64,000 bases of DNA, from contig DAHVLZ010000042.1 of assembly GCA_027320085.1 (NCBI GenBank), forward strand, positions 31,319-95,318, given 5' to 3'. The notes beneath the pieces were generated by a model that saw nothing but the letters and a program-made list of their open reading frames with translations, searched no databases and had not been told where the DNA came from. Source of the DNA: Pseudomonadota bacterium (GTDB taxonomy: Bacteria; Pseudomonadota; Gammaproteobacteria; JAKAQQ01). This document shows, piece after piece, positions 38,271 to 48,330 of the stretch (position 1 is its first letter; each line of letters starts with the position of its first letter). A program made the translations under genes and the position numbers.

Positions 38271-39464
38271 TCACGGCGAAGGACTGGGAGTCCGATGCCG
38301 GGAAAGGGCCCAGGCCACATGCTCACGGACCATGGGATCCGGATGGTCTGCCTGTCCGGACAGAGCGGACAGGACCGCCGGCGTGCCGGGGGCGTTCCCC
38401 AAGGCAACGGCCACGTTTCTCAGCCAGCCGGGATAACCCGCCCGTCGCAAGGCGCTCCCGCGTGTCTTTTCATCGAACTCAGTCGCGCTCCATTTCATCA
38501 GCATGGCCAGCTCCGGAGCCAGAAGGTCGGTTCTTGGAGCAAACTCCGGGATGGTGTGCTTCCGGGCGAACTTGTTCATCGGGCAGATCAGCTGGCAGTC
38601 ATCACACCCAAAGATCCGGTTCCCGATCAGTGGCCGTAACTCGACGGGGATGGGGCCCCGGTTCTCGATGGTGAGGTAGGAAATACACCGCCGTGCGTCG
38701 AGTTGGTACGGTTTCACGATGGCGCGTGTCGGGCAGACCTCGAGGCAGGCCCTGCAACGGCCACAATGATCGATGCCCGGCATATCCGGAGCGAGAGGCA
38801 GAGTCGTCAGGATCTCACCCAGAAAGAAATAGGAACCGGCGTTGGGGGCAATCAGGTTGGTATGTTTCCCGATCCAGCCCAAACCGGCATTTTGCGCCAG
38901 CGGCTTTTCCATGACGGGACCCGAGTCCACAAAAACCCGGTAGCCGTGCGAAGCTCCATGCCGGGCCAGTTCTTCTGCCAGCCGCCTCAGTTTTTTTCGC
39001 ATCACCCGGTGGTAATCCCGTCCCAGGGCATACTGGGCAATGTAGGCTCGTGCCGGCTCCAGCAACAGTCGGGCCCGATTCGAATCCGGCTTTCCGTAAT
39101 CACAGGCGACCGAAATGACCCGAGCGGTATCCGGTAACCATCGGGCCGGGTTTGCGCGATCCAGACCGTATCTCGAGAGATAGGTCATTGTGCCGTGGTA
39201 GCCAAGCTCAAGCCACTGGTTCAACCGGTGGGCGGCGATCGGCAGTTGCGGACGTGAAACCCCGACGGCCGAAAAACCCTGTCGACGAGCGCCCTCTTCA
39301 AGGACCACGCGCCACGGTTCGGATGGGGAGGGATCATCGGGTTGGGGAAGTCGAGGGATCGAGGTCTCCGGATTCGTCAAATCACGAGGTATCCAGTATG
39401 CTAGCAGACGGTCGGGTGCCGGCCTATCCACCCTGGAAGTTGCTGGATGCCAAACCGGATGCAA
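38271..39464 (-). CDS. queG: tRNA epoxyqueuosine reductase (start probably ~39380)
   Basis: YALGRDYH, VDSGPVMEK, GLGWIGK, CGRCRACLEVCP, CISYLTIE, GCDDCQLICP. Confidence 0.95.
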   Translation of the reverse strand: MHPVWHPATSRVDRPAPDRLLAYWIPRDLTNPETSIPRLPQPDDPSPSEPWRVVLEEGARRQGFSAVGVSRPQLPIAAHRLNQWLELGYHGTMTYLSRYGLDRANPARWLPDTARVISVACDYGKPDSNRARLLLEPARAYIAQYALGRDYHRVMRKKLRRLAEELARHGASHGYRVFVDSGPVMEKPLAQNAGLGWIGKHTNLIAPNAGSYFFLGEILTTLPLAPDMPGIDHCGRCRACLEVCPTRAIVKPYQLDARRCISYLTIENRGPIPVELRPLIGNRIFGCDDCQLICPMNKFARKHTIPEFAPRTDLLAPELAMLMKWSATEFDEKTRGSALRRAGYPGWLRNVAVALGNAPGTPAVLSALSGQADHPDPMVREHVAWALSRHRTPSPSP

Positions 39465-40994
39465 TGTTCAGATGCGGGTTCTGGGGCCGTTGCGCAGCTG
39501 TTTTCCCCCAGCGAGACTCGGGCGCTCGAAGCGTGGGTTCAAAAGGCGTACGGGCTTGACCCCGAGCACCTCATGGAACGGGCAGGGGAAGCTTCACTGC
39601 TGTGGATCCGAGAACGCTGGCCGGCGATCCGGCGAATCGGGATCCTCACGGGTACCGGCAATAACGGAGGCGATGGGTTGGTCCTGGCCAGGCTGGCGCA
39701 GGGGGAGGGATATGAGGTGAAAGTATTCTTGACCGGCCCGATCCGTTCCGAACCTGCCCGGACAATGTGGTCTCGCTTGAAATCGCAACCCGTCCGGATC
39801 GAACCCCACGCGGAAGCTGCCACCCACAAACCCGAGCTGTGGGTGGATGGATTGTTGGGAATTGGGATGAATCGTCCGCCTGAAGGGACCACGCTTGAAG
39901 CTATTCGTTTCCTCAACCGGTCCGGTGTGCCCATTCTTTCCCTCGATATTCCCTCTGGACTAGATGCCGGGACGGGATCCGTACCCGGCGGGGCGGGTAG
40001 TGCGGTTTGTGCGACTTCGACTTTGACTTTTCTGTGCTGGAAACGTGGCCTGTTTACTGGTGAGGCTGCAAATCAGGTGGGTTGCGATTTAGTGCTGGAT
40101 GACCTCAGGGTGCCCGATTCCGTCGGGTCACGCGAGGCACCGGGTGCCTCCCTGCTGGTGGAGGAAGAGTTGAGCATTTCGCTGCCGGCGCGGCAACGGG
40201 TCTCTCAAAAGGGGGATTACGGCCGTCTGTTGATTGCGGGTGGGGGGCCGGGTATGGGAGGTGCCATCCGGCTGGCGGCCGAAGGTGCCCTCCGGGCGGG
40301 TGCCGGGTTGGTTTCGGTGGTGACCCACCCTGAACATGTCGCGGGATGGCTGGCCGCCCGTCCCGAAGCCATGATCTACGGCTCCGAGACGGGTGAGGTT
40401 CCGGAGCACCTGCTGGAGCGGGCGGATGTCGCGGTGGTGGGCTGTGGGGCGGGCCAGGAGGACTGGGGCCGTCTCCTGTGTGAGCAGATGATGAACTGGC
40501 CCGGTCCGATCGTGGTGGATGCAGACGGATTGAACTGGCTGGCACGCTCCCCCAGGGTCCGGGATCACTGGATCCTCACGCCACATCCAGGGGAGGCGGC
40601 ACGCCTTCTCGGGCTTTCGATCCCGACGATACAGGGCGACCGGTTTTCCGCCTGCAGTCGATTGGCTGAACGCTACGGTGCGGTCGCGGTCCTCAAGGGC
40701 GCAGGAAGCCTGATTTCGGGCTCCATCCTCCGTGTCTGTCCCTACGGAAATCCCGGGATGGCCAGCGGTGGCATGGGTGACCTCTTGGCGGGGCTCATTG
40801 GAGGACTGGCAGCTCAGAAGCTGCCGCTGGAACAGGCGGCCTCCATGGGTGTTTTGGTGCATGCACTGGCGGGTGACCGGGCGGCTCGGGTGAGAGGTGA
40901 ACGGGGGCTTATGGCCACCGACCTCCTTCCGCACGTGCAAGCCTGGGTCAACCCCGTTCCGGGCCCCTGCCATATGAAATATGATCAGAATTAA
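39447..40994 (+). CDS. nnr: Bifunctional NAD(P)HX epimerase/dehydratase
   Basis: LMERAG, GNNGGDG, DIPSG, KGDYG, GAGLV, DADGLN, LTPHPGEAARLL, GGMGDLLAG. Confidence 0.93.
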   Translation: MPNRMQCSDAGSGAVAQLFSPSETRALEAWVQKAYGLDPEHLMERAGEASLLWIRERWPAIRRIGILTGTGNNGGDGLVLARLAQGEGYEVKVFLTGPIRSEPARTMWSRLKSQPVRIEPHAEAATHKPELWVDGLLGIGMNRPPEGTTLEAIRFLNRSGVPILSLDIPSGLDAGTGSVPGGAGSAVCATSTLTFLCWKRGLFTGEAANQVGCDLVLDDLRVPDSVGSREAPGASLLVEEELSISLPARQRVSQKGDYGRLLIAGGGPGMGGAIRLAAEGALRAGAGLVSVVTHPEHVAGWLAARPEAMIYGSETGEVPEHLLERADVAVVGCGAGQEDWGRLLCEQMMNWPGPIVVDADGLNWLARSPRVRDHWILTPHPGEAARLLGLSIPTIQGDRFSACSRLAERYGAVAVLKGAGSLISGSILRVCPYGNPGMASGGMGDLLAGLIGGLAAQKLPLEQAASMGVLVHALAGDRAARVRGERGLMATDLLPHVQAWVNPVPGPCHMKYDQN

Positions 40995-41391
40995 AAACTT
41001 GAAAACAATGGACCGTCTGGCCGGCCGTCTGGCCAGAATGGCGGGCTTAAGCCCCCGGGTGGTCTACCTTCAAGGACCGTTGGGGGTGGGAAAAACGACG
41101 TTGGTCCGCTATTGGCTCCGTCATCTCGGAATCGACGGGAGGATCCGCAGCCCAACCTTTACGATCCTTGAGTGCTATGAACGGGATGGGGCGATGCTGG
41201 TTCACGCCGACCTGTTCCGTATCGGAGGGGCGGAAGAACTCCCGAATACGGGTTTGCTGGACTTTTGGGGAAGTGCACTTCTTCTGATCGAATGGCCGGA
41301 AAGGGGAGGGGCTGCGACGCCTCCGGCAGACTGGGTGATCACGATCGCATTTGGAGCGGATCGGGACGAGAGATGTTTGTCTATTTCATAA
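40981..41391 (+). CDS. tsaE: t6A biosynthesis ATPase TsaE (short C-terminus)
   Basis: GPLGVGKTT, SPTFT, HADLFR, LIEWPE. Confidence 0.92.
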   Translation: MIRIKNLKTMDRLAGRLARMAGLSPRVVYLQGPLGVGKTTLVRYWLRHLGIDGRIRSPTFTILECYERDGAMLVHADLFRIGGAEELPNTGLLDFWGSALLLIEWPERGGAATPPADWVITIAFGADRDERCLSIS

Positions 41392-41510
41392 GTATAAGAT
41401 TTTAAATAATAAAAATATACCAATCGAAAGTTATTAATGAAGTGATTCAGTTATCCATATGAGATACTTGATAATTAATTTTGGATATGCTTAGCTAGAC
41501 ATAGGTTATG
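41392..41510. promoter_or_regulatory. AT-rich intergenic patch upstream of amiB
   Basis: 29 G+C in 119 bp (~24%) by manual count; function unknown. Confidence 0.55.
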
Positions 41511-41526
41511 CCCGGGTTTTAAGCTC

Positions 41527-42846
41527 GTGCGAAAAGGAATCTGGTTTTTGCTTGTGGCCACGCTGGCTGGGCATCCGGTTTGGGGCCGGGTTTGGCTTCG
41601 TGGAATCCGCATGGAAACCCGTCTTCAGGCGACAGAAATCCGCATCCAGCTGTCGAAACCGGTCCATCACACTCTTTTCACGCTGGGGGATCCCAACCGG
41701 CTCGTCTTGGATTTGCGCGGTGCGCGTCCGGGTCCATTCCGGATGCCGGCTGGCCTGGGGTTGGTCCGGGATATCCGCATGGGCCAGCATACCCACATGT
41801 TGCGTCTGGTTTTCGATTTGCGCCAATCTGTGCTTCCCCAGTCCTTTTACCAGTCCGGGGCTCATCCCGGCCAGCTGGTTCTGATCCTCCGGCCATGGGA
41901 TGCGGTCCGACCGGTGATCAGCCTCAAACGGTTACCGATTCGTCTGCACCGTGTCGTGGTCTGTCTCGATCCGGGGCACGGCGGAATCGACTCCGGTGCC
42001 ATTGGCCCGAATGGGCTTATGGAAAAGATCGTGACCTTGTCGGTGGGTCTCGATATCCGGGCGCTCCTCCGGGGAATCCCCGGTCTGCGGGTGGTCATGA
42101 CGCGGACCGGCGATTACTACGTGGGTTTGCGCCAGCGGCGGGAAATCTGTGAGCGGGCGCATGGAAGCCTGTTCGTGGCCATTCACGCGGATTCCTATCC
42201 CATCCGGGCAGTCGAGGGTTCTACGGTTTTTACCCTTTCCCAGCATGGAGCGACGGATGCTGAAGCCCGCTGGCTGGCCCACAGCGAAAATAGTGTCCGG
42301 ACGCGTTACGGCCACGTCTACTCGGTGAATCTGAGAAACAAGAGTCCGACCCTGCGCGCCGTATTGCTGAACCTGGCCCAGTCGGCAACCATCCACCAGA
42401 GTCTCAAGCTGGGCGCTGATCTCATCCACGGGATGTCGGCATTCCAAGTTCCCTTGCACCGGAGCTACGTCGCACAAGCCAACTTTGCAGTCTTGCGGGA
42501 TCCCGTGGTGCCTTCGGTTCTGGTTGAGTGTGGTTTTATCTCCAATCCTTGGCAAGCCCGGGAACTTGCCGATCCGCAGTTCCGGGAACGTATTGCCCGG
42601 GCAATCGCCAAGGGAATCCTTCGCTACCTGTACCAGAACCACCGTACACGGGCGCTGCTGGTCGAGGCCCGCGGGAAATCGCAGCACCATTATGTCGTCC
42701 GGTCCGGGGATACGCTGGATGGGATTGCACAGCGGTACCATGTGGCGGTCCGGCGGCTCGAGGCCCTGAACCATCTGCCCGGATCACGCCTTTTCCCAGG
42801 ACAGGTGCTGACCATCCCGGCTGACGTCACCACAAGCGCAGGATAG
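41527..42846 (+). CDS. amiB: N-acetylmuramoyl-L-alanine amidase (AMIN + Amidase_3 + LysM)
   Basis: Signal peptide; PNRLVLDL and RLVFDL (AMIN); DPGHGGIDSGA, AIHAD, VLVECGFISN; C-terminal LysM; tsaE-ami-mutL synteny. Confidence 0.9.
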   Translation: MRKGIWFLLVATLAGHPVWGRVWLRGIRMETRLQATEIRIQLSKPVHHTLFTLGDPNRLVLDLRGARPGPFRMPAGLGLVRDIRMGQHTHMLRLVFDLRQSVLPQSFYQSGAHPGQLVLILRPWDAVRPVISLKRLPIRLHRVVVCLDPGHGGIDSGAIGPNGLMEKIVTLSVGLDIRALLRGIPGLRVVMTRTGDYYVGLRQRREICERAHGSLFVAIHADSYPIRAVEGSTVFTLSQHGATDAEARWLAHSENSVRTRYGHVYSVNLRNKSPTLRAVLLNLAQSATIHQSLKLGADLIHGMSAFQVPLHRSYVAQANFAVLRDPVVPSVLVECGFISNPWQARELADPQFRERIARAIAKGILRYLYQNHRTRALLVEARGKSQHHYVVRSGDTLDGIAQRYHVAVRRLEALNHLPGSRLFPGQVLTIPADVTTSAG

Positions 42847-42901
42847 GAACGGAAGGGCCCTGCCGGGCATCAGGCGGGGGCCGTGGCGTTACACTATGGC
42901 C

Positions 42902-44647
42902 ATGGGTATTGAGATTTTGCCACCCGAGCTCGTTTTGCAGATCGCGGCGGGTGAAGTGGTCGAGCGACCGGCTTCGATTCTCAAGGAACTGCTAGAGAAC
43001 AGTCTGGATGCCGGGGCCCGGTCAATTACCGTGGAACTCGAGGGGGGCGGCATTCGTCTGATCCGGGTCCGTGATGACGGGTGTGGCCTTGCGCCCGGCG
43101 AGTTGCCGCTGGCAGTTCTGCCCCATGCCACGAGCAAGATCCACGCGGCCGCTGATCTGGGTGCGATCCAAAGCCTGGGTTTCCGTGGAGAGGCCTTGGC
43201 CAGCATCGGGGCAGTGGCGGATTTGCGGATCGCTTCACGAACTCCTGATGAGGAGATGGGTGCGGAGATCCGGGTTGGACGGGAGACTCCTCTGGTAAAA
43301 CCGGTGGTGCATCCGCCCGGGACGACGGTCGAGGTGCATGACCTTTTCTCCCGGCTGCCGGCCCGGCGTCGTTTTTTACGGAGTCCACGCACGGAATATC
43401 AGCACTGCCTCGAGGTTTTCCGGCTGTTGGCCGTAGGACATGTGGCTGTGGCATTCCAGCTCATCCACGAATCAAAACGAATCCTGGATCTTCCGGAAGC
43501 CCCGGGCCTTGAGGATCAGGCGGGTCGCCTGGACGCACTGTTCGGTCCGGATGCCACCCGACCCATGAGATATCTCTCGGGAGAACATCTGGGGTTGAGG
43601 TTGTCTGGGTGGTTTGTGGAACCCCGTCTGGCTACCGAGCAGGCTACCCCGGAGATCTGGGTGGTGAACGGTCGTGCGGTTCAGGACCGGCTTCTGCGAC
43701 ATGCGGTACGGAGCGGGTATGAGGATGTACTGTACGGGAGCAATCGGCCCCGGTATGTGGGCTTCCTGGAGCTGGATGCCCATGCTGTCGACGTGAACGT
43801 CCACCCCCGAAAGCTCGAGGTGAGATTCCGTGATGCTCAGGCGGTTCACCAGTCGGTGTCCCGTCTGGTCCGCTCGGCCTGGCGGGGGGGGGCCGCCCAG
43901 GAGACAGGGGATGGGCGGGGAGCCGCATCGGTTCAGGAAAGAGTGCCGAATGCCCTCGTGCCCGACGGTCCCCGGATGACTCGCGGTGGGCCCGAGGGGC
44001 CTCCCGACTCCCCGCTTGCCATGGAATTTCTGCAATCGGCTGCGACGCATTCACCGCTGGCGGCCTGCCCCCCCCTGGGTTGGGCGCTGGTTCAACTGGC
44101 GGGGATTTATATCGTGTCCCAGACGTCCGATGGCCTGATCGTGGTGGATTTTCACGCGGCCCATGAACGAATTCTCTATGAACAACTCAAGCAAGCCCTG
44201 ACCTCACCGCCTCTGGCTTTGCAGCGTCTGCTGACCCCCGTACCCTTGGATTTGGGTTTGACTGAAGTGGAACATCTGGCGGCGTGTAGAGAACTGATGG
44301 AACCGCTTGGCTACGATTTTGACGTCGTGGGGCCCCGCACGATTCTTTTGCGGGGGCATCCCGCCCTGCTGGAAACGGCAGTCGCCGTTGCCCTGCTCGA
44401 ACGTTTGGCCGAGGAACCGGAAATCGGAATTCGTGAGCCGCTGGAACAATGCGTGCTGTCTCTGGTCGCGGAGCTGGGATGCCATGGTGCGGTGCACGCC
44501 GGGCGCCGCCTGACCGTGGACGAGATGAATGCCCTCCTTCGAACTCTGGAAAACACACCATCCGGTGACGTATGCAATCATGGACGACCCACCTGGAGCC
44601 GGATCGATCTTCACGAGTTGGATCGTCGTTTCAAGCGGGGACAATAA
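42902..44647 (+). CDS. mutL: DNA mismatch repair protein MutL
   Basis: QIAAGEVVERPAS, HATSK, LGFRGEALASI, VDVNVHP; endonuclease motif DFHAAHERILYE and CNHGRP. Confidence 0.97.
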   Translation: MGIEILPPELVLQIAAGEVVERPASILKELLENSLDAGARSITVELEGGGIRLIRVRDDGCGLAPGELPLAVLPHATSKIHAAADLGAIQSLGFRGEALASIGAVADLRIASRTPDEEMGAEIRVGRETPLVKPVVHPPGTTVEVHDLFSRLPARRRFLRSPRTEYQHCLEVFRLLAVGHVAVAFQLIHESKRILDLPEAPGLEDQAGRLDALFGPDATRPMRYLSGEHLGLRLSGWFVEPRLATEQATPEIWVVNGRAVQDRLLRHAVRSGYEDVLYGSNRPRYVGFLELDAHAVDVNVHPRKLEVRFRDAQAVHQSVSRLVRSAWRGGAAQETGDGRGAASVQERVPNALVPDGPRMTRGGPEGPPDSPLAMEFLQSAATHSPLAACPPLGWALVQLAGIYIVSQTSDGLIVVDFHAAHERILYEQLKQALTSPPLALQRLLTPVPLDLGLTEVEHLAACRELMEPLGYDFDVVGPRTILLRGHPALLETAVAVALLERLAEEPEIGIREPLEQCVLSLVAELGCHGAVHAGRRLTVDEMNALLRTLENTPSGDVCNHGRPTWSRIDLHELDRRFKRGQ

Positions 44648-44651
44648 AACG

Positions 44652-45575
44652 ATGCAGAAGCCGGTTTTCCTGCTCATGGGACCTACGGCGAGTGGAAAGA
44701 CACGGCATGTGATCGAGTTAGCCCCCGATTTCCCGATCGAGGTGGTGAGCGTGGATTCGGCCATGGTCTACCGGGGCCTCGATATTGGCACGGCAAAACC
44801 CGGGCTGGATATCCGGAGACAGGTGCCGCATCACCTGATCGATATACTGGATCCGGTGGACAGTTACTCCGCCGGCCGGTTTGTGACGGATGCACAGCAA
44901 GTGATCACGGAGGTCCATTCCCGGAACCGGGTGCCTGTCCTGGTGGGAGGCACCTTTCTTTATTTTCATTCCTGGTGGCACGGGCTTTCGTCCTTGCCAC
45001 CCTCGAACCCTGCGATCCGTTCGTCTATCGAGGAAACGGCAAGACGGGTCGGTTGGGAAGTCTTGCACAGTGAACTTTCCCGACGGGATCCTGCAGCGGG
45101 TCGCCGGATCCACCCCCATGATCGTCAGCGGATCGCAAGGGCCCATGAAGTCATGGCACTGACCGGGAAAAAACTCAGTGACTTGCTGCATCGTCCCGCC
45201 CGTCCGCTCCCCGATTGTTGTGCGATGGCGGTTGCGGTTACCGATCGACAGGCCCTGCAACAGCGTGTCCGAACCCGGATTGACGAGATGTTCAAGGCCG
45301 GATGGCTCGAAGAAGTCTCGGCTTTGCGCGCGCGGGGAGATCTCCATCCGCGTTTGCCCGCTTTGCGGTCCGTGGGTTATGCCGACCTCTGGCATTGTCT
45401 GGAGAACCCAGGGCGATTGGAACAAACTCGTGAAGCTATTGTCCAAGCAACCATGGGATTGGCCAAACGCCAGATGACCTGGTTGAGAAGATTTTCTGTC
45501 GAGCACTGCTGGGAGGCTGAAAATCCCTCTTGGCCAAGGCAGATGCGGGCGGTTTTCGAGCGGTGGGTCGGGTAA
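44652..45575 (+). CDS. miaA: tRNA dimethylallyltransferase
   Basis: GPTASGKT, SVDSAMVYRGLDIGTAKP, VGGT, LAKRQMTW. Confidence 0.96.
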   Translation: MQKPVFLLMGPTASGKTRHVIELAPDFPIEVVSVDSAMVYRGLDIGTAKPGLDIRRQVPHHLIDILDPVDSYSAGRFVTDAQQVITEVHSRNRVPVLVGGTFLYFHSWWHGLSSLPPSNPAIRSSIEETARRVGWEVLHSELSRRDPAAGRRIHPHDRQRIARAHEVMALTGKKLSDLLHRPARPLPDCCAMAVAVTDRQALQQRVRTRIDEMFKAGWLEEVSALRARGDLHPRLPALRSVGYADLWHCLENPGRLEQTREAIVQATMGLAKRQMTWLRRFSVEHCWEAENPSWPRQMRAVFERWVG

Positions 45576-45668
45576 AATGTGCTAGAATGCGACGGACAAG
45601 AGGGAGGACTTCAAAACCCAGATTCCAGACTTTTGAGTTGCCTTCGTCCGACTGGAGAAGATCACGCT

Positions 45669-45947
45669 ATGACGAAAAGCCAATCCCTTCAAGAACCTTT
45701 TTTGAATGCCTTGCGGAAAAGCAAGGTACCGGTTTCGATCTATCTGGTCAACGGAATCAAGCTTCAGGGCCAGATTGATTCCTTTGATCCCTTTGTCATT
45801 TTTTTACGCAACTCCGTGAGCCAGATGGTTTATAAGCATGCGGTTTCAACCGTTGTGCCCTCGCGTCGGATCTCATTGGATGAAGGTGATGAGTACGTGC
45901 AGGATCTGGCGTCGGAGGAGGACGGCTCTGGCATCGATCGCTCCTGA
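45669..45947 (+). CDS. hfq: RNA chaperone Hfq
   Basis: [36 protein letters not shown]; acidic tail; extended -10 TGcTAGAAT at 45580-88. Confidence 0.98.
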   Translation: MTKSQSLQEPFLNALRKSKVPVSIYLVNGIKLQGQIDSFDPFVIFLRNSVSQMVYKHAVSTVVPSRRISLDEGDEYVQDLASEEDGSGIDRS

Positions 45948-47274
45948 CGCAGGGTTGGCAGTGCCTCTGAAGGAGGCAATCCTCGTTCATATGGATGTGG
46001 GACGGCAGCCGGCCTTTTCGGAAGAACGTTTCCAGGAATTTTTTGAACTGGCCCGGAGTTCTGGTTATGGGCCCAAGGGGTACATCCTCGGGCGCCTGAA
46101 GGAAGCCAGTCCGTCCCACTATCTCGGGTCCGGGAAAGTCGCCGAGCTGATGCAAGCGGTGCGTGATCAGCGTTGTGGCCATGTGATCGTGAACCATGTC
46201 TTGAGCTCGGTGCAGGCCCGTAACCTGGGCGAGGCGACGGGTGCCCGGATCTTGGATCGAACCGGCCTCATTCTTGAGATCTTTTCAGAGCGGGCCCGAA
46301 GCTATGAGGGCAAACTGCAGGTTGAACTGGCTCGGTTGCGCTATGCAGCGAGTCGTCTGATTCGTGGGTGGAGTCACTTGGAACGCCAGAAAGGAGGAAT
46401 TGGATTGAGAGGACCGGGTGAAACCCAGCTCGAAACAGACCGACGTCTGATTGCAAAGCGGGTCTCTGTGCTGGAAAACCGGCTTCGGAATTTCGAGAAA
46501 CACCGTGCAGTGGAACGTCGCTCCCGTCTGAATGTGCCGGTCGTGGCCTTGGTTGGGTATACCAATGTCGGCAAATCCTCGCTGTTCCAGGCCTGGACAG
46601 GGGCACGGGTGTCCGTGGCGGACCAGCTGTTTGCCACTTTGGATCCGACGTGGCGACAGGTTCGCCTGCCGTTTGGAGCCACGGCGGTTCTGGTGGATAC
46701 GGTGGGCTTCATCCGGGATCTGCCCCACGAGCTCGTGGCGGCCTTTCAAACCACCCTGGCGGAAACCCGCTCCGCCGACCTGATTCTTCACGTGATCGAT
46801 GCCGGCGCCGAGAACAACCGCCGTCAAACCGAGGTTGTTGAAGAAGTGCTGGCCACCATTGGCGCACAGTCGGTACCCCGCATTGAGGTCATGAACAAGA
46901 TCGACCGGGTCGGTGGCTGTGCAAAAATTGAACGGAACCCGGAAGGTCTGCCGTCACGGGTGTGGATTTCGGCGCGTGAGCGTAAGGGATTGGACCTTTT
47001 GGCCGAGTCCGTCTTGAGTTTTGTGGAACTTCCAGCGCAGTGGGGCTATTTGGAACTGGAGGCGAAGGAGGGCGCCCTGCGCTCGGCACTGTACCGACTG
47101 GGTGCCGTCCGGTCTGAGCAACAGAACCGGTCCGGAACGCTCGAGATGCTTTTGTGCCTGACCGGAGTCAGCTGGAGGCGCCTGGCCCACCGTTTTCAGA
47201 TTCCGTGCAATCGATTTGTCGAAATTTCGGAACCGAATCCGGAAACTCTCGCCGAGACGGTAGTGGAGCTTTAG
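45928..47274 (+). CDS. hflX: GTPase HflX (start uncertain: CTG 45928 after GGAGGAGG, or 45955/45961)
   Basis: [50 protein letters not shown]. Confidence 0.95.
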   Translation: MASIAPDAGLAVPLKEAILVHMDVGRQPAFSEERFQEFFELARSSGYGPKGYILGRLKEASPSHYLGSGKVAELMQAVRDQRCGHVIVNHVLSSVQARNLGEATGARILDRTGLILEIFSERARSYEGKLQVELARLRYAASRLIRGWSHLERQKGGIGLRGPGETQLETDRRLIAKRVSVLENRLRNFEKHRAVERRSRLNVPVVALVGYTNVGKSSLFQAWTGARVSVADQLFATLDPTWRQVRLPFGATAVLVDTVGFIRDLPHELVAAFQTTLAETRSADLILHVIDAGAENNRRQTEVVEEVLATIGAQSVPRIEVMNKIDRVGGCAKIERNPEGLPSRVWISARERKGLDLLAESVLSFVELPAQWGYLELEAKEGALRSALYRLGAVRSEQQNRSGTLEMLLCLTGVSWRRLAHRFQIPCNRFVEISEPNPETLAETVVEL

Positions 47275-48330
47275 ATGTCGCTGGATGAACCACCTCCAGA
47301 ACATGATCCCTGGAAAGATGATGGACGTTCAGAACTCGACGAGTGGATCCGACGCGCCAAGGATGCACTTTGGCGGGGGTTCAAACGGAGATCACCGCGG
47401 ACTGTTTCTTCCTACCGGCGCCCACAGTGGAGACGTTCGCTCCCGTGGGCGATCGCATTGCTTTTGGGAGCCTGGCTCGCGTCTGGTCTGTCTTCCGTGA
47501 TGCCCGGCCAAATAGCGCTTCTGTACGCGTTCGGATATCCCGTTCGAGAAGTGCACCAGGGAAATTTCTGGAATTGGCCGGCCCCATTCGGCCGTGTAAT
47601 TTATAAGGATCCGGTCAAGCAGCATTCCCGCTATGTGGTGTTCCATACGTTCACACAACGGGGGTCCCCGGTTCTGGTCACGATCCATTATCGTTACCAG
47701 AAAAATCATCCACGAGCCGCAATCCTCTTTGCGACCCACCCCGGACTCTGGCTCAGGGGCCTACTCATGTCGGCCTTGACCCGATGGTCGGTCGCCAACG
47801 ACCGGCTGGTGCGGTCACCCCGTGAGCCGCAGCGTCAACCCGTGAGGCCGTCGGCAGCGCGTTTACGCAGGCGATTGAACCAGATTTTGTTGAGAGAACG
47901 GACAGGTCTGGTGCTGATGCACTTGGGAATTGCAATCGCGCCTGGCCGTGTTGCGAGAGCGGCCTGGAAAAAATGGAAGCAGCGTACTGCGGACGAGCAA
48001 GCAGATGCGCGAACTCTCAAGCACGAACTGGATTCCATGCTGGCTCGTCAAAAACTCGAGGCGTTGCAGAAAGAAGGCCGGGTCGAGGTCCGGATCCAGC
48101 GTTGGATCGGGCGGGCCAAGATCTTGGTTGCACGGTTTCATGCGTTGCTTCCGGTTTACCGGGAACATCCCACCCTGGTTCGGCAGACCTTGATCCAGGC
48201 GCTTTATGGGAAGCCGCATCTGACGGCTCCCCCGGGCACGCGTCAGCCCGGATCCGACTCCATCGATCAGCCCAACCGGGACTTGGGCGGGGCCAAACCC
48301 CATGTGTATCCGGCGCAGGGCCGAGCATGA
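47275..48330 (+). CDS. hflK: Highly divergent HflK (SPFH family FtsH modulator)
   Basis: N-terminal DPW...LDE motif, single TM helix, FG...G-FW-WP-P, coiled coil, RF--LLP-Y; position hflX-hflK-hflC-purA. Confidence 0.7.
   Translation: MSLDEPPPEHDPWKDDGRSELDEWIRRAKDALWRGFKRRSPRTVSSYRRPQWRRSLPWAIALLLGAWLASGLSSVMPGQIALLYAFGYPVREVHQGNFWNWPAPFGRVIYKDPVKQHSRYVVFHTFTQRGSPVLVTIHYRYQKNHPRAAILFATHPGLWLRGLLMSALTRWSVANDRLVRSPREPQRQPVRPSAARLRRRLNQILLRERTGLVLMHLGIAIAPGRVARAAWKKWKQRTADEQADARTLKHELDSMLARQKLEALQKEGRVEVRIQRWIGRAKILVARFHALLPVYREHPTLVRQTLIQALYGKPHLTAPPGTRQPGSDSIDQPNRDLGGAKPHVYPAQGRA

Noticed and set aside
41392-41510. Possible oriC or dif site in the AT-rich patch
   Set aside because: Only one near-consensus DnaA box, no XerC/XerD dif pattern, and no switch in gene orientation or KOPS-like polarity across it
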